Shown here in pieces: positions 25,460 through 34,503 of a stretch of 62,686 nt of DNA (its first letter is position 1; every line of letters begins with the position of its first letter). The stretch is from Armatimonadota bacterium. GTDB lineage: Bacteria; Armatimonadota; Zipacnadia; JAUWAU01; JBHIEF01. The notes under the pieces were generated by a model. That model was not told the origin of the DNA. It saw nothing but the letters and a program-made list of their open reading frames with translations, and made no database searches. The position numbers and the translations under genes are program-made. Location of the stretch: contig JBHIEF010000001.1 of the NCBI GenBank assembly GCA_046760465.1, positions 1-62,686 of the forward strand, in the 5' to 3' direction.

Positions 25460-25588
25460 TTACTCGTACGTGGCTGCGGCGTTCTCGGGTGGAGCGTCTG
25501 GCGGGGCGTCATGAACCGCGGCGAACACGGAGCCGACGCTGGCCAGCACTTGACAGGTCAAGGCCGAAGCCAGAGGGCGCAAGGTCAT
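25460..25588 (-). CDS. Candidate small (42-aa) hydrophobic protein downstream of the DUF885 gene
   Basis: This ORF is below the size cutoff as a free-standing gene and is the in-frame tail of track ORF 25460..25867. The ATG at 25588..25586 is preceded by a perfect AGGAGG (25598..25603) with a 9-nt spacer. The peptide is MTLRPLASALTCQVLASVGSVFAAVHDAPPDAPPENAAATYE, and most third codon positions are G/C. No homology evidence. Confidence 0.35.
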   Translation of the reverse strand: MTLRPLASALTCQVLASVGSVFAAVHDAPPDAPPENAAATYE

Positions 25589-25665
25589 TGGCGGCGCCCT
25601 CCTGCGCATGGTGCCGTCGTCGCCCACTGGGACCCGACATGGGCGCAAGCCCACCAGTCCTTCTT

Positions 25666-27357
25666 CTAGTGGCCCTCGGCGAAGCGCCAACTGGGTCTGA
25701 AGTCCTCGGTCAAGGTCTGCCCCGCCAGGCTTGCGCGCACGAGCTCCAGGGGAATCGCGTTCTCCCGGAGCACCGCGTCGTGGAACTCGCGGTTCTTCAT
25801 GTGCCCCGATCCCACCAGCTCGCTGTGTAGAGCCCGCATCTGGAGCCCGCCCACCATGTAGGCACACTGGTACAGGGGGCTGTAGGCGCCCTCGAAGGAG
25901 CGCCGCACCTCTGCCAGAGCGTTGGCATGCTCTAGGCCGACGCGCCTCACCAGCAGATCAACGCACTCCTCGGGCGTCATCTCACCCAGGTGGAACTTGA
26001 GCGAGAAGATGACCCTGGCACAGCGGTGCATGCGCCAGAACAGCATGCCGATACGGTTCTGCGGGGATGCAGCGAATCCCAAGTCCCATAGCAGCATCTC
26101 CCAGTGCAGCGGCCATCCCTCCGTGTAGAACGGCGTGCTGAACATTCGCCGGTACGGACGGTAACGTCGAGATGCATACCCCTGTAGATGATGTCCCGGA
26201 ATGAGCTCATGGTGGACCGTTGCGCGCGCAAAGTGGCGGTTGTTCCCCCGGAGAGTCATGAGCTTCTGGTCGTGGCCCATGGTGCTGGTTGGGTATGACA
26301 CGTGGATCGTCTCCCCACCAGTGAAGAAGGGATTCTCCTTCTGCCGTTCCGGCGTCATCATCTCGATCTTCCACAGCCGTCGGGCCAGCGGCGGGATCGT
26401 GACCAGGTCGTGCTCTTCTATGAACTCGATGGCCTCCAAGGCGAGCTCTTGGACCAATCGAGGCTGCTGCCCGGGGGGCACGAAGTCGCCCTTCACCTGC
26501 TCGAGGGCGCTGCGCCAGTCGTCACCACAGCCCAGTTCGCGGGCGGCACCGGCCATCTCCGCCTCGCACTCCGCCAGCGCGCCTTCGCCGATGGCGATGA
26601 GCTCATCGGGAGTGTATGGGATCATAGCGTGGGCCAGGTCGCTCACCAGTGCTTCGCGGCCCACCGGGTCGCCGATGACCGGCGGGTCCTCGTCGCCCTC
26701 CTGGATCCCCAGAAGCTCCTCCTTCAGAAAACCGGCGCATTCCCCAAGGGCTGTGTCCGCAGCCTGGTGAGGTTTGGTCGCCCACCAGGCGAACTCGGGA
26801 TCGTACGTGCTGTAGAACTCGGACCACCGCTTCAGCGTCTGCCGTAGGTCGCCCACCGCCCGCAGGGCCCGAGCGGCTAAGGTCTTGGCCACAGGCTCGC
26901 GAGCTCGCTCGTCCTTGGCCTCCAGTGCGGCCTGTAGGCGTTGCCGTGTGGACTCGGCCTCTCGCCTCAACTGCGCCAGGCTCGAGGCAGCCTCGCGGGG
27001 ATCCAACGTCTCGACCTTGCGGCGCGCATGCTCGAGCTGCACGATGCTCGGCGCGAAAGGGAGGAGCTCGGCGAGCTCCGCAGTCTGCTTCTCCTTCCGA
27101 GCCACCGCCTGCAGTTGGTGGTCCAGTTCGTTCCGCAACAGCAGGTAGTCAATGCGCGCCTGCCGGTCTGTGGCAGGAAAGCCTAACACGGTCAACGCTT
27201 CGCGCTGGTCCAGTAGGAACTGTCTCTTTGCCCCCAGGTCCTCAGTCGAGTGTGGAATGTCGTAGTGCCTGCCGATGAGACCGAAGTCCTCAGTATACTG
27301 CTCTATGAGCGCCCGCATGGCGAGCGCATCTCCCGCCGGCTTGCCTTCGGCGTGCAT
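25666..27357 (-). CDS. DUF885 family protein (metallopeptidase-like HExxxH-type motif)
   Basis: The ATG is at 27357..27355, with a GGGGGA-type RBS 4-5 nt upstream. The characteristic motif TVHHELIPGHHLQGY and the overall ~560-aa length fit DUF885. No signal peptide is evident. Confidence 0.8.
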   Translation of the reverse strand: MHAEGKPAGDALAMRALIEQYTEDFGLIGRHYDIPHSTEDLGAKRQFLLDQREALTVLGFPATDRQARIDYLLLRNELDHQLQAVARKEKQTAELAELLPFAPSIVQLEHARRKVETLDPREAASSLAQLRREAESTRQRLQAALEAKDERAREPVAKTLAARALRAVGDLRQTLKRWSEFYSTYDPEFAWWATKPHQAADTALGECAGFLKEELLGIQEGDEDPPVIGDPVGREALVSDLAHAMIPYTPDELIAIGEGALAECEAEMAGAARELGCGDDWRSALEQVKGDFVPPGQQPRLVQELALEAIEFIEEHDLVTIPPLARRLWKIEMMTPERQKENPFFTGGETIHVSYPTSTMGHDQKLMTLRGNNRHFARATVHHELIPGHHLQGYASRRYRPYRRMFSTPFYTEGWPLHWEMLLWDLGFAASPQNRIGMLFWRMHRCARVIFSLKFHLGEMTPEECVDLLVRRVGLEHANALAEVRRSFEGAYSPLYQCAYMVGGLQMRALHSELVGSGHMKNREFHDAVLRENAIPLELVRASLAGQTLTEDFRPSWRFAEGH

Positions 27358-27436
27358 ATCTGTCCCCCTGGGTTGATGCTCGTGTAGCGTAGCGCGAACT
27401 CAAGTGGCGCTCGTGCGGCGTATTCTGCCAGCACAC

Positions 27437-27467
27437 CGGCGTCTCCTCATCGGGAAAGGAGACGCCG
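27437..27467. repeat. Perfect 10-bp inverted repeat (hairpin) with 11-nt loop in the GH144-DUF885 intergenic region
   Basis: cggcgtctcc (27437..27446) is the exact reverse complement of ggagacgccg (27458..27467). There is no U-tract on either strand, so it is not a canonical intrinsic terminator. It lies about 80 nt upstream of the DUF885 start. Confidence 0.8.
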
Positions 27468-27659
27468 ACACGCTGTAGCTTGGCTGGTTCGACACGGGTG
27501 GACACGAGCGGGACCTGGACGTGCCGGCCGAGCGCCGTGACATGGGGACCTGGTGCCCGTAGCCGCCCTTGCTGCCCCTGCCACGCCGGGGGCGCAAGGG
27601 TCTCGCTCGCCCTTGACCGGCAGCGGCGCCCCGCTCAACGGGCTGCGGTCGGCCGCCGC

Positions 27660-29372
27660 CTACCCCTCAGCTACCGTATCCGCACTCTCTCGGCGCCAGC
27701 CGATCTTCGCCAGCATGGGCGGGATCTCGCTACTGGACATGAACACGTCCCACAGAAGGCTCGTGCGGTAGTTCTCAATCATGATCAGGATGGGCCCCTG
27801 GTCAATGGCCAGGTAGCTGTCGGCGAACCAGTCGCGCCCCAGGTTGAAGGCATCTCTGAAGCCGAAGGGCCCCCACAGACGCGCGCCGTAGGTGTGGTAC
27901 ATGTGCTTCAGAGCCTGAATGGACTCGGACGGCGTGTACGGCATGGAAGACAGGGCTGCCGTCGCGGCGATGGTGCCATCGTCCTTGCCCGGCCGCTTCG
28001 CGCGATACCCGTCCGGGCCGTCGCTGGCGGTGATGCCCCAGACTAGGCTGCTGTATCCAGCGTGCCCCTCGGGGTTGCGCCGGCAGTACTCCTGATGTGT
28101 CAAGGCGATGTTGCGGTGGTTCTCGAAGTAGTTGCAGAAGGCATCTCTGCCCCGGGGGTCAAAGCCGAGGTAGGAATAGTGCGTGAAGAACAGCGGGCCG
28201 CCGTAGTCGGGCCCCACCCAGATCCGGCGGCCGTAGAACTCGCGCCCGTTCTCGTACGATCCCGAGCACCATCCCTGGTAGTAGCACTCCGGCGGGATCG
28301 GATGCGTCGGCGAGGCGATGGCCAACAGGTACACGATCATGCACTCGTTGAAACCCACCACCTTCAGGCCCATGCCGAAGCCGTGGTCGGGCGACCAGTG
28401 CCAGTACAGCAGCAAGTTGTCGGGCTCGGCGGCTGAGTTAAGGTACCAGTCCCACTCCACCTGACGCCAGAGCCTGTCCGCCAGCTCACGGACCTCGGAC
28501 TGCGTCTGCGTTCGCTCCTGGAAGTACTGGCGCACTGTGAGTAGCCCCTGGACCAGATAGGCTGTCTCGACCAGGTCTCCGCCGTCGCCGTCAATGGGTC
28601 GTCCTTGGTCGTCGGGTACGGGCTGGCCGTTGTGCCTCTTCTTGCCGAAGGGGATGGTCTCCCCCGTCGCGCCGTCAAGCCAGTGTGACCACGCGCCGTG
28701 GTATCGTCGGGCTTTCCTCTCCAGGAACTCGAGTATCTTGAGAGTCCTTTCCGCAGCCGCCTCCTTCGAGACGAAGCCGCGCTCCGAGCCGACCACCAGG
28801 GCCATCAGCCCGAAGCCCGTGCCGCCGATCGTTACCACGTGCTCCCGGCTCGCCGCTCCGTAGCGCTCGCGGGCCATGCCAGACAAGGGGTGGGCGTAGT
28901 CCCAGAAGTAGCGGAAGGTCGCCTCCTGGACGAAGGTCAGCAGCGCCTCGTCGTCCTCGGCCACCGAGGTCGCCGAGACGGGCCTCGTCACCGCGACCTG
29001 CTCGGTGCCGCGCATAGTGACGATGCGATACCAGTAGGTCTTGCCGTTCTCGCCCAGCCAGTCACAGAACACGGTGGTCTTCAGTTGCGTCCGGCCGAGT
29101 CGCTGGAAGGGGCCGTCGGGGTGTGGCGCCCGCTCCACCGCATAGGTCGTGCCTGGGGCGTCCTGCGGTTGCCAACGAAGGTAGATGCAGCTGTCGTGCC
29201 CGGTGGCCTCGACCCACTGGGGAACCGCTGTCGGCCCCGGAGCCCATGACGGCGCGAGCGCCAGAGCCAGCACGACCGTGCCCGTTGCCCCACAGGCGAA
29301 TGCGCTCAACTGTGCTATCCCTTCTCGTGGACGCGCCGGACGGCTCGATGCCGTCGCGCGGCCTGGCGGCAT
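27660..29372 (-). CDS. Secreted GH144-like (putative glucoamylase/endo-beta-1,2-glucanase family) protein with an N-terminal Ig/FN3-like domain
   Basis: ORF 27660..29510 trimmed to ATG 29372..29370, which overlaps the upstream stop (TAATG). Motifs read: FRYFWDYAHPLSGMARER, GGTGFGLMALVVGSERGF, YHGAWSHWLDGATGE, DLVETAYLVQGL and AIDQGPILIMIENYRTSLLWD. The family call is from memory of these signatures. Confidence 0.75.
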   Translation of the reverse strand: MPPGRATASSRPARPREGIAQLSAFACGATGTVVLALALAPSWAPGPTAVPQWVEATGHDSCIYLRWQPQDAPGTTYAVERAPHPDGPFQRLGRTQLKTTVFCDWLGENGKTYWYRIVTMRGTEQVAVTRPVSATSVAEDDEALLTFVQEATFRYFWDYAHPLSGMARERYGAASREHVVTIGGTGFGLMALVVGSERGFVSKEAAAERTLKILEFLERKARRYHGAWSHWLDGATGETIPFGKKRHNGQPVPDDQGRPIDGDGGDLVETAYLVQGLLTVRQYFQERTQTQSEVRELADRLWRQVEWDWYLNSAAEPDNLLLYWHWSPDHGFGMGLKVVGFNECMIVYLLAIASPTHPIPPECYYQGWCSGSYENGREFYGRRIWVGPDYGGPLFFTHYSYLGFDPRGRDAFCNYFENHRNIALTHQEYCRRNPEGHAGYSSLVWGITASDGPDGYRAKRPGKDDGTIAATAALSSMPYTPSESIQALKHMYHTYGARLWGPFGFRDAFNLGRDWFADSYLAIDQGPILIMIENYRTSLLWDVFMSSSEIPPMLAKIGWRRESADTVAEG

Positions 29373-30766
29373 TAGCAGACGGCCAAGCTGCGGAACACTG
29401 GCCGCGCGACGCTTTCCAGACAGCGCAGGCGGACCGCGGCGACTTCTATCGGCCCGACGGGCTGGATGCGTTTGTGCCCGATCGAGGAACCGTCGCACAG
29501 CGCTTGCCACTTCCCGCCTGGCGCCGACCCTTCGACCACGTACTTCCGGACACGCTCGCCGAACCGGAGGTCCTCCATCACCAGGACATGGTCAATCCTG
29601 GCGGGCCGCCTCAGGCGCAGCCTCAGGGTCCTCCCCCGCCCTGAGGTCTCGGCCAGAGGCTTGGGCAGCCGCCGACGGATCTCAGCGCCGAACTCCGCAC
29701 ACCGTGCCAGGTCTGCCTCGTCAAGCAGGCCCTCTCGGTTCACGGCGGCTCCCAGGATGAGGTTTGCGTTTCGGCCAACTGACTGGTAGTACATGTTCAC
29801 GAGCCTCTCAACCGTCTGGAGCTTGTGTTCGCTGTTGGGCACCCAGGCCCAGTCGTGTTCGCGAAGGGGAGCGTCGGCCATCGCCGGGCACCACACCTTG
29901 CCATCTGGGTCCCCGTGTCTCAGCGATCTGCGCGCCCGGCCGCCCTTGTGACCCTGGGACTGCCATTCGTAGCTGGGCATGGTTGACCAACAGGGGTAAC
30001 CGGTTGTGCCCGACTCGCTCCCCGCCCAGCGATGGTGGGCGAGGGCAGGGCTGTGGTAGAAGAGGGCGTTTGGCTGGTGCTTCTGGACAATGGGCAGCAC
30101 GTCCGGCCCTCCCTGCTCGGGCGTGGGGACGCCGCCGTCGAACCAGACCTCGGCTAGGTCGCCGTAGCGGGAGCACAGCTCCTCCACCATGCGCTCACAG
30201 ATGCGCAGGTAGGTTGCCTGCTCCTCCGGGGTGCCACCTCTGCCTCCGTTGACTCTGTAACCATAGACCTGCCGGTAGGCGTTGAAGCGGAGGCCGACGT
30301 AGAGGGCTGGGGCGATGCCCACGCGGCGACAGGATTCAACGAAGTCGGCCACCAGGTCGGCGCGGCCGCCGCGCCATCCGACGTGCTTCACGCCGTAGGG
30401 GTAGATGTCGCTCTGCCATTGCAGGAACCCCTGGTGGTGCGTAGCCGTGAACACTGCATAGCGTGCGCCAACGGCCCTGGCGGCTTCGAGCCACTGGTCA
30501 GTGTCCAGCTTGGTCGGCGTGTAGAGCGCCGGGTCCACCAGCTCCCGCCTTGACCGCTCGTGGTGATGCCCGCCGGGCATGAACACGTGCGAGTCGAAGT
30601 GGTAGATGATGCCCAGCTCGAAGTCCTGCCACGCGATCTGCTTCGCGAGTGGGGTGACGACGGGCCCGGGCTCGCCCGGGGCCCCGTGTCCGATGCCGGC
30701 CAACACACCAGCGCTTGTGGTACTGATGAACATCCTCCGGCTCATGGCTGGCATCGCTGGCACCAT
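29372..30766 (-). CDS. Tat-exported alpha-L-fucosidase (GH29) with C-terminal discoidin-like domain
   Basis: The leader is MSRRMFISTTSAGVLAGIG. GH29-type motifs are YTPTKLDTDQWLEAARAVGARYAVFTATHHQGFLQWQS and ADFVESCRRVGIAPALY. The C-terminal beta domain reads IDHVLVMEDLRFGERVRKYVVEG. In-frame ATGs lie at 30766, 30754 and 30745. Confidence 0.88.
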   Translation of the reverse strand: MVPAMPAMSRRMFISTTSAGVLAGIGHGAPGEPGPVVTPLAKQIAWQDFELGIIYHFDSHVFMPGGHHHERSRRELVDPALYTPTKLDTDQWLEAARAVGARYAVFTATHHQGFLQWQSDIYPYGVKHVGWRGGRADLVADFVESCRRVGIAPALYVGLRFNAYRQVYGYRVNGGRGGTPEEQATYLRICERMVEELCSRYGDLAEVWFDGGVPTPEQGGPDVLPIVQKHQPNALFYHSPALAHHRWAGSESGTTGYPCWSTMPSYEWQSQGHKGGRARRSLRHGDPDGKVWCPAMADAPLREHDWAWVPNSEHKLQTVERLVNMYYQSVGRNANLILGAAVNREGLLDEADLARCAEFGAEIRRRLPKPLAETSGRGRTLRLRLRRPARIDHVLVMEDLRFGERVRKYVVEGSAPGGKWQALCDGSSIGHKRIQPVGPIEVAAVRLRCLESVARPVFRSLAVC

Positions 30767-30932
30767 CCTGTGGCGTCGCGACGGACACCGAGGCGCTGCC
30801 GGCTGACCTCATCGCCGCGCGACTAGGACGCGGGGCCTGGTTTACCCTTGACATGGGGAAGCAGCCCGGCGGCCCCCGACAGCCATACGCGCGTTCTCGG
30901 GAGCGACGGCCGCGGCGCGGGCAAGCGGCGGA

Positions 30933-33900
30933 TCAGTTCGGCCCAGCGAGCGCCACTATGCTCCCGTCCGTCAACGCGATCAGCAGACGGCCTTCCGCCG
31001 CGATCATGCCGTCAAAGACCGGAGGGGAGTCGAGCTCGATCTCGGAAAGCTGTTCCCCGTCGCGGGCGGAGAGCGCCGCCAGGCGGGCGCCCCTGCGGCC
31101 CTCGAAGGCGGCGAGTGGGTCCTCCGGATCGTAGAGGTCCGGGGGGCCGGCGACGAAGAGAACGTCGGCGGCCTTCACCATCGCCCTTACGCGGACCGGG
31201 AGCCAATGGGTCCACAGAGGGGGCTCTGCACGCGTGTAGCCGATCATCTTGTCCAGTCCGAAGGCGGGACTGTCCAAGGTCCTGAGGTCTCGGCCGCTGC
31301 CCCGGCTGTAATCCGACTGTGGGAGCCACGCCAGAGGCTTGCGGGCTCCCTCTTCGCCGACGATCTGGGGTTCGTTCGAGTTCCTGTCGGCAAAGACCAG
31401 GTACCCCTCCTTTCCCGGGAAGAACATCGGGCTGTGGACGTTCCTCCGGTAGAACACCTTCACGGCATAGGTGGCCTCTTCGCCCACCACCAATAGCTGG
31501 CCGCTCTTGGGTGCCTGGTTGGCGAGCTGGAAGCCGGGCCAGCGCTTGGAGTACATCCAGAAGGTGCGGTTGTACCAGGAGTCGTCCAGGAGGCCAGCGG
31601 TCGAGAAGACATGAAGCCCCACGTCCATCTCTCCCTTAGACGAGAGGACCTCGGGCTTCACCTCCTCCAACGCGGGGGTCAGCTTCTTCTGGCGCATGTA
31701 GATATAGCCGTCCTGGGCGACGAGGACCTCTGAATTCGCGCCCAGCGTGTAGAAGGAGTAGTCGCGCTGTCCGGTGACCTCCGGGTGCGGCCCCTCAAGA
31801 AGCCCCTTGTGCAGGATCCTGCCCGTGGCCGGGTCCAGACCGTACAGGCGTATGCCCCCGTCGAGATAGGTGGAAAGGCCGGCGGTGAAGTACGCGACCG
31901 GCTGCCCTGAGCCTGCCGAGGAAACGTCGCTGACCAGCACGCTTCCGTGGACGGGCCAGGCGGATTCCACCTGGCCGAAGTAAGCGACCCTGCGTTCTCT
32001 CGGCGCGGCCATGAACCGCCACACGAGCTCGCCGTCCGCCTCACGCAGGCAGTAGACTCGTCCGTCCCTCGAGCCGAAAAGCACCAGACCGTTGTGGACG
32101 GTGGGAGGAGAGTCAATGCGTCCCCCGGCCGTGAACCTCCACAACTGCGCGCCGGTCTCCATGTCGAGGGCGTAGACGGTGTGCGCGTCGCACGCGGCCA
32201 CCAAGACCTTGTCGTTTGCCGCGACCGGAGCAGTCAGCCTGCCGCCCAGCTCCTTTCTCCAGGCCTGAGCCACAGGTGTGGACACGGCCGAGTCTGTGGA
32301 GCCCCTTCGTGCAGGATCGTGACGGTACGTAGGCCAATCCGCCGACTCCCTCTCTCTGGATTCGGATCGCCGGCCACGGACGGTCCCAAAGGCGCGCCCC
32401 TTCGTCAAGCGCTTGTTGTCAGGGATATCGCCCGGCTGCGAGGCTGGCTCCGGACCGATCGCAGCGTAGCCGAGCAACTTGGAGCCGGGGTGGCAGAAGC
32501 ACTGATCGGGCGGGACGTAGAGCATGCCGTTGCACGGCATGATGCCCAGCTTGCACGCGCCGCGGAGCCAGTTGTTCTGCGAGTGGCCGTCAGAGCGCAG
32601 GTCCATGAGCTCGACGCCTTCCATGGCGCTGATCATGTAGCGGTCCGTGGCCTTGTTGCGGTAGCAGCGATGGTGGTGCTCGAAGCTGCGAAGGGCGGGG
32701 GCGACTATCCGCTTCTTCTCCTCGCCCGTGAGTGGATCGAGGCCGATGGCCATTGCGCGCGCGCTGGCGCGGGCCGGTTGGAGGCTCTCGTCTACGGCAC
32801 ACATGCCCGGCCACACCAGGCCATCGGCGACAAAGAGGTCCACACCGGCGGCGCCGCCGTCCCTGTAGGCCTTCTTGCTCCATAGTAGCTCGCCGTCGGC
32901 GGCGTTGTGCGCCTCCAGCGAGGCGCCCCCCTTGATCAAGACCAGCCCACTGGTTGCGACCAGCGTCCCTGCGTTCTTCAGCTGTGGCTCCACCCGCCAC
33001 GATTCCTCGCCGTCTCTCAGGCTAAGGCAGACCAGCTCGCTACCGGTATGGTAGATGACCCGTCCCTGGTTGATGGCCGTTAGCAGGGGCCTGGTCTGGA
33101 CAGCCTCCTTCCTCCAGAGCATGTCCCCGGTTCTCCCGTCCACCGCAGCCAGTGCAGACAGTGCCTTGCCTGCTTCACCCCTCCGCGTCTCAACGCCCGA
33201 AGGCGCATCCCTGATGCAGGCGAGGACGATGCCCTCGCTGGCCAGGACCTCCTTTGTGCCTTCCGTGCCTTCCACTGTGGCAATCGTCTCGCCAGTGGCC
33301 GCGTCGAGAATGGACAGGGGCGCTCGGAAGCCGAGGGTCGCATAGAGACGGTTGCCCTCCGCCACCAGCCGACGCTCGTTCTCGTCGGGGAGAGCGACGC
33401 GACCGGCCCGCACCACAGTCCAGTCCGCTCCCTCCCATTTCCCTCTGGCCCACTCGCGCCAGCCCCAAGGCTGGACGGGACGTTTCCACAGCAGCTTGCC
33501 GTTGAAGGCGTCGCGGCACACTAGGGACCACCTATCAGGCAGGCGTTCGTCGGTGATGCCGATGAGACCCTCGTCGAAGATGTAGAACAGCCGTCCGCCG
33601 GCGCAGACCTGGGCCTGGACTCCCGAGGGCGTCTCATGGCTGCGCAGCCACAGGGGCGGCGCAATCCACTGCAAGGTGCGCGGTGGGCCGACCACGGCGT
33701 CGCTGGCGACGGCGTTGTTGCCGGCGTCGTGCAGGAAGTGGGACCACTCGTCAATGTCGTCAGGCCGCGGCTTGACGGCTTTCCTCCATCGGCCGGCCTG
33801 CTTGACGTAGGCGACCCCACTGGGCACGAGCACGCGCATGACCTCATCCATGGGCACTCGGCCGCGGTCCTCGGCCACCACGAGATTGACCAGATTGTCG

Positions 33901-34283
33901 GCGTATGGCAGCGACGCCGCCTGGAGTCGCTCGATGGACACTGGTCCGTAGAGCCTCTGCCGATGGAGGTACCCCCGTGCCTTCCGAACCTTGGCTGGGT
34001 CCCGCTCGAGGCCATGGACCGTAAAGGCCTCACTGGCGCGCAACGCGGCCGTCAGCTTGCCGTCGCCGCACCCGAGGTGAACCACCAGGCCTCCCTTGAT
34101 GCCGGTGGCACGCAGGATCTGCCCGGCCAGAGCCTCCTCGGGCGAAACGGCTGGCGCGGCGACGGCCGAGCCCACCTGGGGGGAGGTCCGTGGCGCGTGC
34201 AGGAAGCCCACAGACACTGACAGGGCAAAAATGAGAGTGCCTCCAGCGCCCAGAAGCCGCAGCATTCGGGCTCTTCTCGACAT
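30933..34283 (-). CDS. Giant protein: N-terminal anchor + class I methyltransferase-like domain + multiple PQQ/BamB-type beta-propeller repeats (paralogue of 37349..40480)
   Basis: ORF 30933..34484 trimmed to ATG 34283. The anchor is MSRRARMLRLLGAGGTLIFALSV. The methyltransferase-like motifs are GGLVVHLGCGDGKLTAAL, VHGLERD and LPYADNLVNLVV. Many WRF..GG.IDSPP / LVFGS.DG.VYCL propeller repeats follow. Confidence 0.85.
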   Translation of the reverse strand: MSRRARMLRLLGAGGTLIFALSVSVGFLHAPRTSPQVGSAVAAPAVSPEEALAGQILRATGIKGGLVVHLGCGDGKLTAALRASEAFTVHGLERDPAKVRKARGYLHRQRLYGPVSIERLQAASLPYADNLVNLVVAEDRGRVPMDEVMRVLVPSGVAYVKQAGRWRKAVKPRPDDIDEWSHFLHDAGNNAVASDAVVGPPRTLQWIAPPLWLRSHETPSGVQAQVCAGGRLFYIFDEGLIGITDERLPDRWSLVCRDAFNGKLLWKRPVQPWGWREWARGKWEGADWTVVRAGRVALPDENERRLVAEGNRLYATLGFRAPLSILDAATGETIATVEGTEGTKEVLASEGIVLACIRDAPSGVETRRGEAGKALSALAAVDGRTGDMLWRKEAVQTRPLLTAINQGRVIYHTGSELVCLSLRDGEESWRVEPQLKNAGTLVATSGLVLIKGGASLEAHNAADGELLWSKKAYRDGGAAGVDLFVADGLVWPGMCAVDESLQPARASARAMAIGLDPLTGEEKKRIVAPALRSFEHHHRCYRNKATDRYMISAMEGVELMDLRSDGHSQNNWLRGACKLGIMPCNGMLYVPPDQCFCHPGSKLLGYAAIGPEPASQPGDIPDNKRLTKGRAFGTVRGRRSESRERESADWPTYRHDPARRGSTDSAVSTPVAQAWRKELGGRLTAPVAANDKVLVAACDAHTVYALDMETGAQLWRFTAGGRIDSPPTVHNGLVLFGSRDGRVYCLREADGELVWRFMAAPRERRVAYFGQVESAWPVHGSVLVSDVSSAGSGQPVAYFTAGLSTYLDGGIRLYGLDPATGRILHKGLLEGPHPEVTGQRDYSFYTLGANSEVLVAQDGYIYMRQKKLTPALEEVKPEVLSSKGEMDVGLHVFSTAGLLDDSWYNRTFWMYSKRWPGFQLANQAPKSGQLLVVGEEATYAVKVFYRRNVHSPMFFPGKEGYLVFADRNSNEPQIVGEEGARKPLAWLPQSDYSRGSGRDLRTLDSPAFGLDKMIGYTRAEPPLWTHWLPVRVRAMVKAADVLFVAGPPDLYDPEDPLAAFEGRRGARLAALSARDGEQLSEIELDSPPVFDGMIAAEGRLLIALTDGSIVALAGPN

Positions 34284-34503
34284 GGTTGTCCTCGCTTTCG
34301 CTGCCGGTTGCCGACTGGAATTCGTGGTGCCGCGGAGAAGTCCTCCCAGTTGGGCTCCGCCGCCTGCGCCGATCGAGCGCGTGTGAGGCTGGCTACTGTC
34401 CGGCGACAGGGCGAACGGAGCCAGCGCAATGGAACAAATGCGGGCGGGAGACGTCCTATGTGTTGTGTGCGGCCGAGTAACCACTTAGCAGGGGGGCACG
34501 TGC

